Shown here: piece by piece, positions 8,538-15,866 of the stretch | How positions within the stretch are numbered: the first letter of the stretch is position 1 | Layout: each line of letters opens with the position of its first letter | Source of the DNA: an uncultured virus (IMG/VR IMGVR_UViG_3300042468_000189) | Lineage: Duplodnaviria; Heunggongvirae; Uroviricota; Caudoviricetes | Direction: 5' to 3' (one strand) | IMG/VR virus record: IMGVR_UViG_3300042468_000189 | Length of the DNA stretch: 20,000 nt | Position numbers and translations under genes: made by a program | The notes under the pieces: generated by a model | What the model was told of the DNA's origin: nothing | Database searches by the model: none | What the model saw: the letters and a program-made list of their open reading frames with translations, nothing else

Positions 8538-8732
8538 TTAAACTCTCCAAACGCGAACCCCTTGGATGCCTTCCTCAATTACTGTCTTCATAACAACTTT
8601 AAAACGCATCCGCCGCATCTCCTCGCGGATCGTAACTTTGGCCGCAGCGCAATCTAAGCAGGGTATAAAAAACGAACTACCCTTCACAAAGTTGCGCCAG
8701 TTAATGTTGAAGTTAACTTGGTGTACTAGCAT
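8538..8732 (-). CDS. Small phage protein (64 aa), possibly DNA-binding
   Basis: ATG overlaps the end of the primase gene. The GxSFF...GVRVWR pattern is one I recognise from small phage hypothetical proteins. Ends just before the terminator region. Confidence 0.7.
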   Translation of the reverse strand: MLVHQVNFNINWRNFVKGSSFFIPCLDCAAAKVTIREEMRRMRFKVVMKTVIEEGIQGVRVWRV

Positions 8733-11517
8733 CGGCAGGTACTATCATTTCCTCAACGTCGAGGAAGTTGCCGTTCGTGCAATCAAACACCAAGCAGTAG
8801 ACAGGTGGCGCTGTGATCTTCATGCCCTTGGTGATGCGCTTAACTTCAGAATTAATCAGTACCTTGTCTTTCTCCAACTTGCGAGTAAGTTCCCTGTAAG
8901 TTATTTGAGCCTTGGCGCAGTCTGCTCTGAAGTGTTTAGCATTGATATACATCCGCTTGCTGTCTGGTTCGTATCGTATGTATAGCGGACCCTTGGGTTC
9001 TAAGATTGGTGCAGCGGACATCTGTGTGCGCGAGTCAACCTCTGCATTGACGACAAGGATGTTCTGCATGTGCCTACCGATATAGTCACCGATGACGCTT
9101 GCTACATTATCAAGTGGAGGTCGCACATGCTGACGCAAAACATGGATCTGTTCAGTAACCCATACGTAAACGTTCCGCATGTTGAAGTCATGAAGCCCAA
9201 GCTCTTTGGCGATAAGTCCCCCTGCTATGTTGCAAGCAATGAGTGCCGACCAGAACCGCTCACGAGAAGTTAGTCTGACTTCCTTATCAATCTTGGCTTG
9301 AACTGAGCGCACCATGTTGATAACGTAATCTTTGTTGCTGACAAGGTAGGAGAAGTAGATGTCGGCGGCGTGACCGTAATTGCTCTCTAACTGCACATCA
9401 AACATCTGCTTGGCATACTGCTCATCCAACCCGCTGCTATAAATCACATACTCAAAGACCCGCATCATCTCTCCGTCTACCGAGTCCCGTGCTATCTGTA
9501 GCTTGTCGTAAAGACTAGCGTTGGAAGTCATAATTTCTATAAGCTCCCACCGCTCGGTGTTTGATCTGAGTTGGTTGACGCTTGCTTGCGCTCGCTCTTT
9601 GTCACGGCCTTGAGTTACTTGGTACAAGTGCGATCCGATGTCTTCAGCAGGAACCTTGGTAACTTCATCGTATGTGTGGCATATGTTATTAAAGATAGCA
9701 AGCTTGCGAGCTACTGCATTCTGCGTATCCTTCCACATCGACATAAGTTCCGTGGGTTTGCCGACCACACTATTAATAACACGAAGGATCGTTGATTTAC
9801 CTGGGCCTGAGTCACCACTGATTAAGTTAATAGCAGCACCACGAATTCCAGTAAACTTTAGTAGGGGGCTACCGAATGCTGTTAACGCAGCATAAGCATA
9901 GGGTTCTAACCCCTCCTTACCGTAGACGTTGAAGCATTCTTTCCATTTATCAAACTCACCTATTGCAACCATGTTTGGCGCAAACTGATCGGTGGATGCC
10001 GATGGGGGGCTGTAGTGGATGCCCGTTGCCGTTATCTCTCTATCGCCAACGATGAACTTACTGTCACCGTCGCACCATCCGAATTGTGTTCTCATCTTGT
10101 CAGCCTTTCTGCTCACTTGTAGTTCTTTAACGAATGTCATGATGTAGCCAAGCAGTAGTTCTTGTTGCTTAGCTGTTGCTGCTACCCCTTTTTCTGCTAG
10201 CGCCTCGCGCAGCTTTTCTTTAACGACAACTGACGTAAGCGGTACAGAAAATTCTTTTACTCCATCCTGTGGTAGATGAAGTTTGAACACAACCATCTCG
10301 CCCTCAATCGGATGCACCATCCTTCGGACGACATAAAGATCGTGTTCGTACACAACCTGCGCGTCTTCCTCCTCCGAGATCGGACGTTTATAAACACCCC
10401 CTGCTTTACCCCGAAAATATGGGAATGGGTATTCGGGTACGGAATGAACAATCGCAGGCTCATCGTCTTTTGCTTCTTCAATGATCTCGTTAGTTGTAGC
10501 TTCAGCAATCTCAAGCCCAAGCAAAATAGGACTCTTGATCTTGCCTTTGTGTATGCACTCGTCACAACCGCCGGGGTTAAACTTTTCAAACGTAGCGCAA
10601 CCGTATGGGCCTTTAATCCGATTAGCCTTCTTCTCGGTTTCGTCTGGATCGTACTGCTCGTAGTTTTTTGATATGGCGTGTATCGCCACATCTCTGTCTA
10701 CGCAATACTGTGCAACTGAAAGCCCCGCCCTCCATATCGGCTCAGACATCTCCTGCTGATGCGTTGTTATGTACTTAATCTGATTACAACCAAAGTCACG
10801 ATCTGTCTTAATCAGAATAGTCTTGAAGTGGAACTCGCGGTTATTGGCAAGTGACTTCGTTAGCTCATTGACTTGACGTGGTAGGAAGTCTGGTACTTCT
10901 TCCTTAAAAACTAGAACACCAAGAGTCTGCCTTAGCTCCTCAAAGTCAACTGGCTCGCCTGTATATAGCAGCGTTACATCAAGCGGGTCGTCTGGATCTT
11001 TGAGGTTCTTTGTATCTGGCAGACGCAGTATCCGCGCCTTATCTGCTGTGCATGCAGGGTCAGCACTGAGGAACCCTTCTTCACATAGTGCCTTCAACCT
11101 GTCCGCAGCGGGTTGCCATACAGCAGGTGCTACTGGGGTTTTGAATGTCCAGTATGCGTGTATGCCGCGCCCACTGTTGACAAGTGTCGGCCTTGGTAAT
11201 GCGTTGTCCTTACAAAAAGTTTTGAGTGCCGCGATGCCTTGCGTTTGATCTTCATAAGGTTTGTCTGTTCCGCAATCTATATCTAACCAGAGTGCACGGA
11301 ACTCTTTGGTGTTGTCTCCTGATCTTGTGGTTGGTTCCTTAAACGTAGCGCAGGCATAGTAAGCATCGAACCCATCGTCCACCAACTGCTGCCCCGCCTG
11401 TATAACTTCTTCAGCAGACTCAACAAATTTCTTGATGACTCGTTTGTTCTTTATACCTACTACACAGCGCCACCCCTCCGGTGCATGCACCGCAGATAAC
11501 AACTCAAGCGCCGACAT
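8713..11517 (-). CDS. AEP-type primase fused to a Cys-rich domain and a DUF927-like/P-loop helicase (934 aa)
   Basis: AEP motifs WLDID, SGRGIHAYW and D..RILRLP. Cys cluster C...PYGC...CDEC. FGW motif, Walker A GDSGPGKST and Walker B TYDE. RBS GGAGG upstream. Confidence 0.88.
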   Translation of the reverse strand: MSALELLSAVHAPEGWRCVVGIKNKRVIKKFVESAEEVIQAGQQLVDDGFDAYYACATFKEPTTRSGDNTKEFRALWLDIDCGTDKPYEDQTQGIAALKTFCKDNALPRPTLVNSGRGIHAYWTFKTPVAPAVWQPAADRLKALCEEGFLSADPACTADKARILRLPDTKNLKDPDDPLDVTLLYTGEPVDFEELRQTLGVLVFKEEVPDFLPRQVNELTKSLANNREFHFKTILIKTDRDFGCNQIKYITTHQQEMSEPIWRAGLSVAQYCVDRDVAIHAISKNYEQYDPDETEKKANRIKGPYGCATFEKFNPGGCDECIHKGKIKSPILLGLEIAEATTNEIIEEAKDDEPAIVHSVPEYPFPYFRGKAGGVYKRPISEEEDAQVVYEHDLYVVRRMVHPIEGEMVVFKLHLPQDGVKEFSVPLTSVVVKEKLREALAEKGVAATAKQQELLLGYIMTFVKELQVSRKADKMRTQFGWCDGDSKFIVGDREITATGIHYSPPSASTDQFAPNMVAIGEFDKWKECFNVYGKEGLEPYAYAALTAFGSPLLKFTGIRGAAINLISGDSGPGKSTILRVINSVVGKPTELMSMWKDTQNAVARKLAIFNNICHTYDEVTKVPAEDIGSHLYQVTQGRDKERAQASVNQLRSNTERWELIEIMTSNASLYDKLQIARDSVDGEMMRVFEYVIYSSGLDEQYAKQMFDVQLESNYGHAADIYFSYLVSNKDYVINMVRSVQAKIDKEVRLTSRERFWSALIACNIAGGLIAKELGLHDFNMRNVYVWVTEQIHVLRQHVRPPLDNVASVIGDYIGRHMQNILVVNAEVDSRTQMSAAPILEPKGPLYIRYEPDSKRMYINAKHFRADCAKAQITYRELTRKLEKDKVLINSEVKRITKGMKITAPPVYCLVFDCTNGNFLDVEEMIVPADASTPS

Positions 11518-11539
11518 TTTGCAAATCCTCCGGCAAGCA

Positions 11540-11767
11540 TTACCGATAGCTGCTGATAAAACGACTCATCAGATCCCTGTAGATTGGACGTACCTCAGTG
11601 CCTCTAAACCAGTTGTAGACTGTCTGCCTACTGACACTGAAGTACGCCGCAACGTCGGCTACAGAAATGTTGTGCTTGATGCACACCCTACCCAATAAGA
11701 CTCCGAGTTTCCGCTTGTCCGCAGCTTTGTTGTCACTGATAAGCTGTTGACTGTAGCCGATAGCCAT
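11540..11767 (-). CDS. Cro/XRE-like helix-turn-helix protein (75 aa)
   Basis: SVADVAAYFSVSRQTVYNWFRG is a classic HTH. Start reassigned to ATG 11767, 1 nt after the upstream stop. Confidence 0.85.
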   Translation of the reverse strand: MAIGYSQQLISDNKAADKRKLGVLLGRVCIKHNISVADVAAYFSVSRQTVYNWFRGTEVRPIYRDLMSRFISSYR

Positions 11768-11768
11768 T

Positions 11769-12650
11769 TTAGTTATCGTCGCCCCAAGCATCGAGAACCG
11801 CTGTCAGGTCTCGCTTCTTTTCAGGTTCAGCTTCAGCCTTCTTGCTTGGACGCTTCACCGGCTCTTCGATCTCTTCAACTACTGGCTTAGCAGCAGGTTT
11901 AGCGGCAGGCTTAGCTTCAGCTTTGGGTAACGCTTTAACATTGTCAGTCTGCGCCACGGTAGAAGAAAGCATGCGCTGTGCCTCTGGCGAATTACCACCT
12001 TCGATAGCTGCATCGTACTGCTCACGGTTCACGTAACCAACTGCACGGAACTTAAGCACGGGCACATCACTATCACCATCGAACGACATGCGAGTTACGA
12101 CCATGTTGATGTTCTTGCCATTACCTGCGATGTACTTAGCGTACTGATCAAAGCCCATCGAATCCATATCACCCTTGGCGAAGATCGATTGCGAAGGCAG
12201 CGTCAATTGGAACAACCCATTAGTCGGATCGTTTGCAAGCACAACTGCAAGACGCTTTTGATAGCGGCAAGCACGAGTGCCGTTAGACCCAGACCCTGCG
12301 ATATTCTGAGGGCAGTTAGCGCACGTATCAGCTTGGCGATTCTCAGCCTTGGGGTGCGGTGTTACACCATCATCAGACCAACAATCAGGAGGAGTAATAT
12401 CCTTGGGGTTATAAGCTTTAGCATAGAAGATGCGCGAGTTCTCTTTGCGACCTGCTGCAACAACTACGTCAAGCTCAGGCTTGTCAGTCTTTGATACTTC
12501 TTCGCCGTTAATCACAAGACGGAAACGACCGCCCCTGATAGAGATACGACGGTTCTGTGTGCCACCTGCTAGCGCCTTGGTTAGTTCATCGACTTCGGTA
12601 TTCTTAAGGAAGTCGGGAAGGTCTTGTTGGAATACAGTTACGTTAGACAT
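11769..12650 (-). CDS. Putative single-stranded DNA-binding/annealing protein with four Cys (293 aa)
   Basis: GAGGA RBS before ATG 12650. PDCWS..CANC..RACR Cys set, a Lys/Pro/Ala linker (AKPAAKPAAKP) and an acidic tip (DAWGDDN). Located in the replication operon. Confidence 0.55.
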   Translation of the reverse strand: MSNVTVFQQDLPDFLKNTEVDELTKALAGGTQNRRISIRGGRFRLVINGEEVSKTDKPELDVVVAAGRKENSRIFYAKAYNPKDITPPDCWSDDGVTPHPKAENRQADTCANCPQNIAGSGSNGTRACRYQKRLAVVLANDPTNGLFQLTLPSQSIFAKGDMDSMGFDQYAKYIAGNGKNINMVVTRMSFDGDSDVPVLKFRAVGYVNREQYDAAIEGGNSPEAQRMLSSTVAQTDNVKALPKAEAKPAAKPAAKPVVEEIEEPVKRPSKKAEAEPEKKRDLTAVLDAWGDDN

Positions 12651-12663
12651 AGGTTCCTCTTGG

Positions 12664-13098
12664 TTACTTACTACGACGGACAACAATGCTGTACCGACTA
12701 TCGGTGTTCAGACCCATCGGTAACAAGTTGGGGTTTTCCTCGATGAATTGCTTCATGTTGGTTTGATGAATGCGCCGTTCTAATAAACCAAACGCATCGT
12801 GTTCACGTACAAAGCTGTACATAGAATCCCAATCGTTAGTCCAGTAACGGTTCTTCACACTACGAATCACAGTACCTGCTGCTGTGCGGATACTGTCAGC
12901 ACCTATTGATTTGCAAGCTTCAAGAAGTTGCTCTTCGATCACGTCCATCTGTTCTTGAAGCTCAACATCCTTCGCTTCGTAGTCAGACTTCAGCTTCGCT
13001 CGCGCATCTCGAATCTTGATATAGATGCCTGCTAATTTGTCCACAGGGACAGATTGCTTTTCTTCAGGGGACACAAGGTCTTGGATGCCCTCATCCAT
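12664..13098 (-). CDS. Phage coiled-coil protein, Gam/Gp157-like (144 aa)
   Basis: RBS AAGGAG-N6-ATG. N-terminal coiled coil followed by SIRTAAGTV and DWD...F motifs. The family assignment is tentative. Confidence 0.55.
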   Translation of the reverse strand: MDEGIQDLVSPEEKQSVPVDKLAGIYIKIRDARAKLKSDYEAKDVELQEQMDVIEEQLLEACKSIGADSIRTAAGTVIRSVKNRYWTNDWDSMYSFVREHDAFGLLERRIHQTNMKQFIEENPNLLPMGLNTDSRYSIVVRRSK

Positions 13099-13129
13099 GC
13101 TACGCTCCTTTAAGTTATTTTGTGGGTTA

Positions 13130-13158
13130 ACTGTAAATCATAAAGTTGACTTTGTCAA
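13130..13158 (-). promoter_or_regulatory. Sigma70-type promoter for the Gam-like/SSB/HTH/primase operon
   Basis: TTGACA (13158-13153), 17-bp spacer, TACAGT (13135-13130). Lies in an AT-rich gap upstream of a strong RBS. Confidence 0.7.
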
Positions 13159-13162
13159 GTTT
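13142..13162. promoter_or_regulatory. Imperfect palindrome over the -35 box (candidate operator)
   Basis: AAAgTTGACtttGTCAAgTTT: 8 of 9 arm positions are symmetric around a 3-nt centre. Confidence 0.45.
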
Positions 13163-14711
13163 CTTTAAGCTCTTGACCGTACAAGTCAACGATACGGGAA
13201 TGCACATCGATATTATTTTTGAGCATTTCGTAAAGCTTGCGCTCCACTGGACTGCCTGATATGTGCACCACCGTCATTGTGTTCTTCTGTCCGGGCCTAT
13301 TGATGCGAGCGTTTGCTTGCAGATAAGTTTCTACAGAAGTCACAGGCGCATACCATATCACCACGTTAGCAGCAGTCAGCGTTAGCCCATGCGATGCCGC
13401 TTGTGGTTGAATGATAAGCACTTTAGGGTCAGGCTGCTCTTGGAAGTTCTTGATGATTGCAGCCCTGCGATTAACTGTTACTGATCCGTTGATAACGTCA
13501 GACGTTATGCCCGCCTTGGTTAGATGATTGTTGAGCAACTCGATGGTATGCGTGAACGGTACAAATACTAAAACTTTATGGCTAGCCTCTTCGATAACTT
13601 CCTCGATGACCTGCAAGCGATTAGCTACATCAAACTCTATAACTTCCCTAGTGTCCGTATAGACCGCGCCACCAGAAATCTGTAGCAACTTGTTCAAGCT
13701 TGTGGCTGCATTCGGAGAAGTAACTTCTTCGCCACCGGCTGAGATCATCATCTGGTCTTTGAGGATCTTGTAATACTTGCGCTGCTGCGGAGTCAGGGGT
13801 GCATCTCGTTCTACGTACATAAGATCAGGCAGATCGATACAATCTTTTTTCTCAAACCTGATTGCAGGTTGCAGCACTTGATGCACGACATTCTCTGCAT
13901 TCGGTCTGGGTATCCACCTGAACTGACTGACCTTCTGCATCACCTTGTCACGGAACGAACCAAGGAACTTAGGCGTGTTGTCTGGGTTGACTAGCTTTGC
14001 TAATCCGTAAGCATCAACAGGCGATTGCGCGGCTGGTGTGCCTGTCAACATCCATAACCACTTGGCACGATCCGACACACGCTTCATAACTTTCCAACGT
14101 CTGGTCGATACATTCTTATAAGCGTTGGCTTCATCGACAACAATCAAATCAAACTTACCGTCGGCAGTGACTGCGTCTTCGATGATCTCAACACCTTCAA
14201 AGTTTGTTATGACAAACTCAGCACAGCTACCTACTATCTTGACCCGTTGCGCTGCCGATCCGTAGGCTACGTTGCATGTGCGGTGTACAGCAAACTTAAA
14301 GAGATCCTCTTGCCATGCTGACTTCATGATAGACAGAGGGCAGACCACCAACACGCGACGCACAAGCCCTAGCTTCATTAAGTAATCAGCAGACCATATA
14401 ACGGATGCTGTCTTACCCGTGCCTTGCTCGTTGAAGCAGAACGCCCTGCGGTTTAATGTTAAGAACTCTGCTGTAGTCTTTTGGTGATTGAATGGCGTGA
14501 ACTGCCCAGGCCAATCGTATTTCTTTGATATAGGAGATGGAACACCTTTTATGAATTGATTAAGAAGCTGAGCTTCGTTTAGCCCCCACTTAACCGCAAC
14601 CTCGTACACCCCATCTTCCTGCCCTACCACCTTGCTCTTTTCTATGGCTGCTGTTATTCGGTCAGGATATTTAGTCCTGACCAGTAGCGCCCTGTTATCG
14701 ATCACTTCCAT
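13155..14711 (-). CDS. SNF2-family (SF2) helicase/translocase (518 aa)
   Basis: Motif I EQGTGKT, Ia VVCPLS, II DEAN, III LTGTP, V HGLTLT, VI QANARINRPGQ. Confidence 0.92.
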   Translation of the reverse strand: MEVIDNRALLVRTKYPDRITAAIEKSKVVGQEDGVYEVAVKWGLNEAQLLNQFIKGVPSPISKKYDWPGQFTPFNHQKTTAEFLTLNRRAFCFNEQGTGKTASVIWSADYLMKLGLVRRVLVVCPLSIMKSAWQEDLFKFAVHRTCNVAYGSAAQRVKIVGSCAEFVITNFEGVEIIEDAVTADGKFDLIVVDEANAYKNVSTRRWKVMKRVSDRAKWLWMLTGTPAAQSPVDAYGLAKLVNPDNTPKFLGSFRDKVMQKVSQFRWIPRPNAENVVHQVLQPAIRFEKKDCIDLPDLMYVERDAPLTPQQRKYYKILKDQMMISAGGEEVTSPNAATSLNKLLQISGGAVYTDTREVIEFDVANRLQVIEEVIEEASHKVLVFVPFTHTIELLNNHLTKAGITSDVINGSVTVNRRAAIIKNFQEQPDPKVLIIQPQAASHGLTLTAANVVIWYAPVTSVETYLQANARINRPGQKNTMTVVHISGSPVERKLYEMLKNNIDVHSRIVDLYGQELKET

Positions 14712-14712
14712 G

Positions 14713-15006
14713 CTAGTCGTTACGCTTTATTGTGTGGTTGCTGTTGCGACTGAATGATCGGTTGGCACTTGCGGATGTGATGCGTAGGTTTTTCTTGCTG
14801 TTGCCACCGCCCCTCGTGATCGGGCGTTTATGGTCTATGTCTTTACCCTCGCGCACATCGGCTTTACCGTTGCCGTTAGCGTCTTTACCTTTGCGATCAA
14901 TCAGATCCCTTGCTCTCTCGCGCACCCTGCGCTCGTCTTTCTCTCCTCGTGCTAGTTGTTGTTGATATTCTTTTTTGTACGGTCTAGGTTTGTTAACATA
15001 AGGCAT
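14713..15006 (-). CDS. HNH-family endonuclease (97 aa)
   Basis: DHKRPITRGGGN...NL......AN (HNN variant). Start reassigned to ATG 15006 with RBS AAAGGA. Confidence 0.75.
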   Translation of the reverse strand: MPYVNKPRPYKKEYQQQLARGEKDERRVRERARDLIDRKGKDANGNGKADVREGKDIDHKRPITRGGGNSKKNLRITSASANRSFSRNSNHTIKRND

Positions 15007-15688
15007 GATCAGTTCCTTTCGGATTGTGCTCACAACTAACCACTGGACAGAATCTGCATAACCCACTTGTTATCGGGTTCCACGTATCGTTCTCAAGTGC
15101 TGCTTCTAACCTAGACAACTGCTGAATCTGTGGCTCCAGATACTCAAGCTTCATATCTACCGTGTGCTTTTTCTGGATAAACTCTTTGCTAACTACAAAC
15201 AGTAACGCAGACTTAACGGTGTGGATCTTGGGGAAGTGGATAAAGGTCGCCGCTGCCAATACGTCTAGCTGCTGCGTGTCTGCAAACTTTGCATTCTTTC
15301 CGGTCTTGTAGTCAACAAGGTGCGCTACGCCTTTGTCCTCGTTGATGATCAGTAAGTCTGCTATACCCCTCCACCAAAACCCTTTTGTATTAAACCCGCA
15401 GGGGGAGAGCGAGTCTCCCTCCTTCATCAACCCCATCTCGTACTCGCAATGTTTTGTGCCTTCGATCCTTACCAGAGAGTCAAGCATCCCCTGAATAAAA
15501 CCAAACCGCTCTGGTATAGGCACACCATCTTTGATGTAGTCCTCCGCTGCTTTGTGTAGCTCCTTGCCGTACAAGGTTGCTTCACTGCCTGAGTCCCGTA
15601 CATCCTTCTTAATCTTAAGATGGTAATACTTACGTGGGCATTGCTGGAATGTTTTGAGACTGCTGTACGACCAACTGATATTGCTCAT
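14993..15688 (-). CDS. PD-(D/E)XK exonuclease, Cas4/AddB-like (231 aa)
   Basis: SYSSL...CPRKY, G...H, IAD, DYKTGK and C-terminal CRFCPVVSC. Four Cys are arranged as in Fe-S staple nucleases. Confidence 0.88.
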   Translation of the reverse strand: MSNISWSYSSLKTFQQCPRKYYHLKIKKDVRDSGSEATLYGKELHKAAEDYIKDGVPIPERFGFIQGMLDSLVRIEGTKHCEYEMGLMKEGDSLSPCGFNTKGFWWRGIADLLIINEDKGVAHLVDYKTGKNAKFADTQQLDVLAAATFIHFPKIHTVKSALLFVVSKEFIQKKHTVDMKLEYLEPQIQQLSRLEAALENDTWNPITSGLCRFCPVVSCEHNPKGTDHALC

Positions 15689-15866
15689 CGTTCTCGTGGG
15701 CTATTTTGATACTGTTATTGAGCAGCCGTACCTCTGTGGATAGCAGGGGACAAAGCTCTACGGCTTCCTGAAACCTCCTATTAAGCAACAGATTTTTCAA
15801 TTCCGCAAGTAGCTTTTCAACCTTGATAGCGTTCTCAGAATAGTCAACAAAATCAACAACTTCCAT
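15630..15866 (-). CDS. Hypothetical protein (78 aa)
   Basis: GGGGA RBS before ATG 15866, which overlaps the end of the polymerase gene. Helical composition; fills the gap between the polymerase and nuclease genes. Confidence 0.6.
   Translation of the reverse strand: MEVVDFVDYSENAIKVEKLLAELKNLLLNRRFQEAVELCPLLSTEVRLLNNSIKIAHENDEQYQLVVQQSQNIPAMPT

Noticed and set aside
8561..8576. 14/16-nt direct match to 13080-13095 (EEGIQ vs DEGIQ) and a shared TACAGTTAA at 8533 and 13127-13135
   Set aside because: Short, not collinear with the RBS complementarity, and plausible by chance in 20 kb.
8478..8657. 59-aa + strand ORF starting at the ATG within the terminator stem, after AGGAGG
   Set aside because: The start is buried in a GC-rich stem, most of the ORF is antisense to the 64-aa gene, and the product has no recognisable features.
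11884..11923. 12-nt-period tandem repeat
   Set aside because: Simply encodes the AKPA linker of the SSB-like protein, with degenerate third positions.
14122..14140. Inactive helicase because motif II is DEAN rather than DEAH
   Set aside because: The catalytic D and E and all other motifs are intact, and variation at the fourth position is tolerated in SF2 enzymes.
14993..15688. CRISPR-Cas locus suggested by the Cas4-like gene
   Set aside because: No regularly spaced repeat array or other cas genes. Solo Cas4-like nucleases are routine in phage replication modules.
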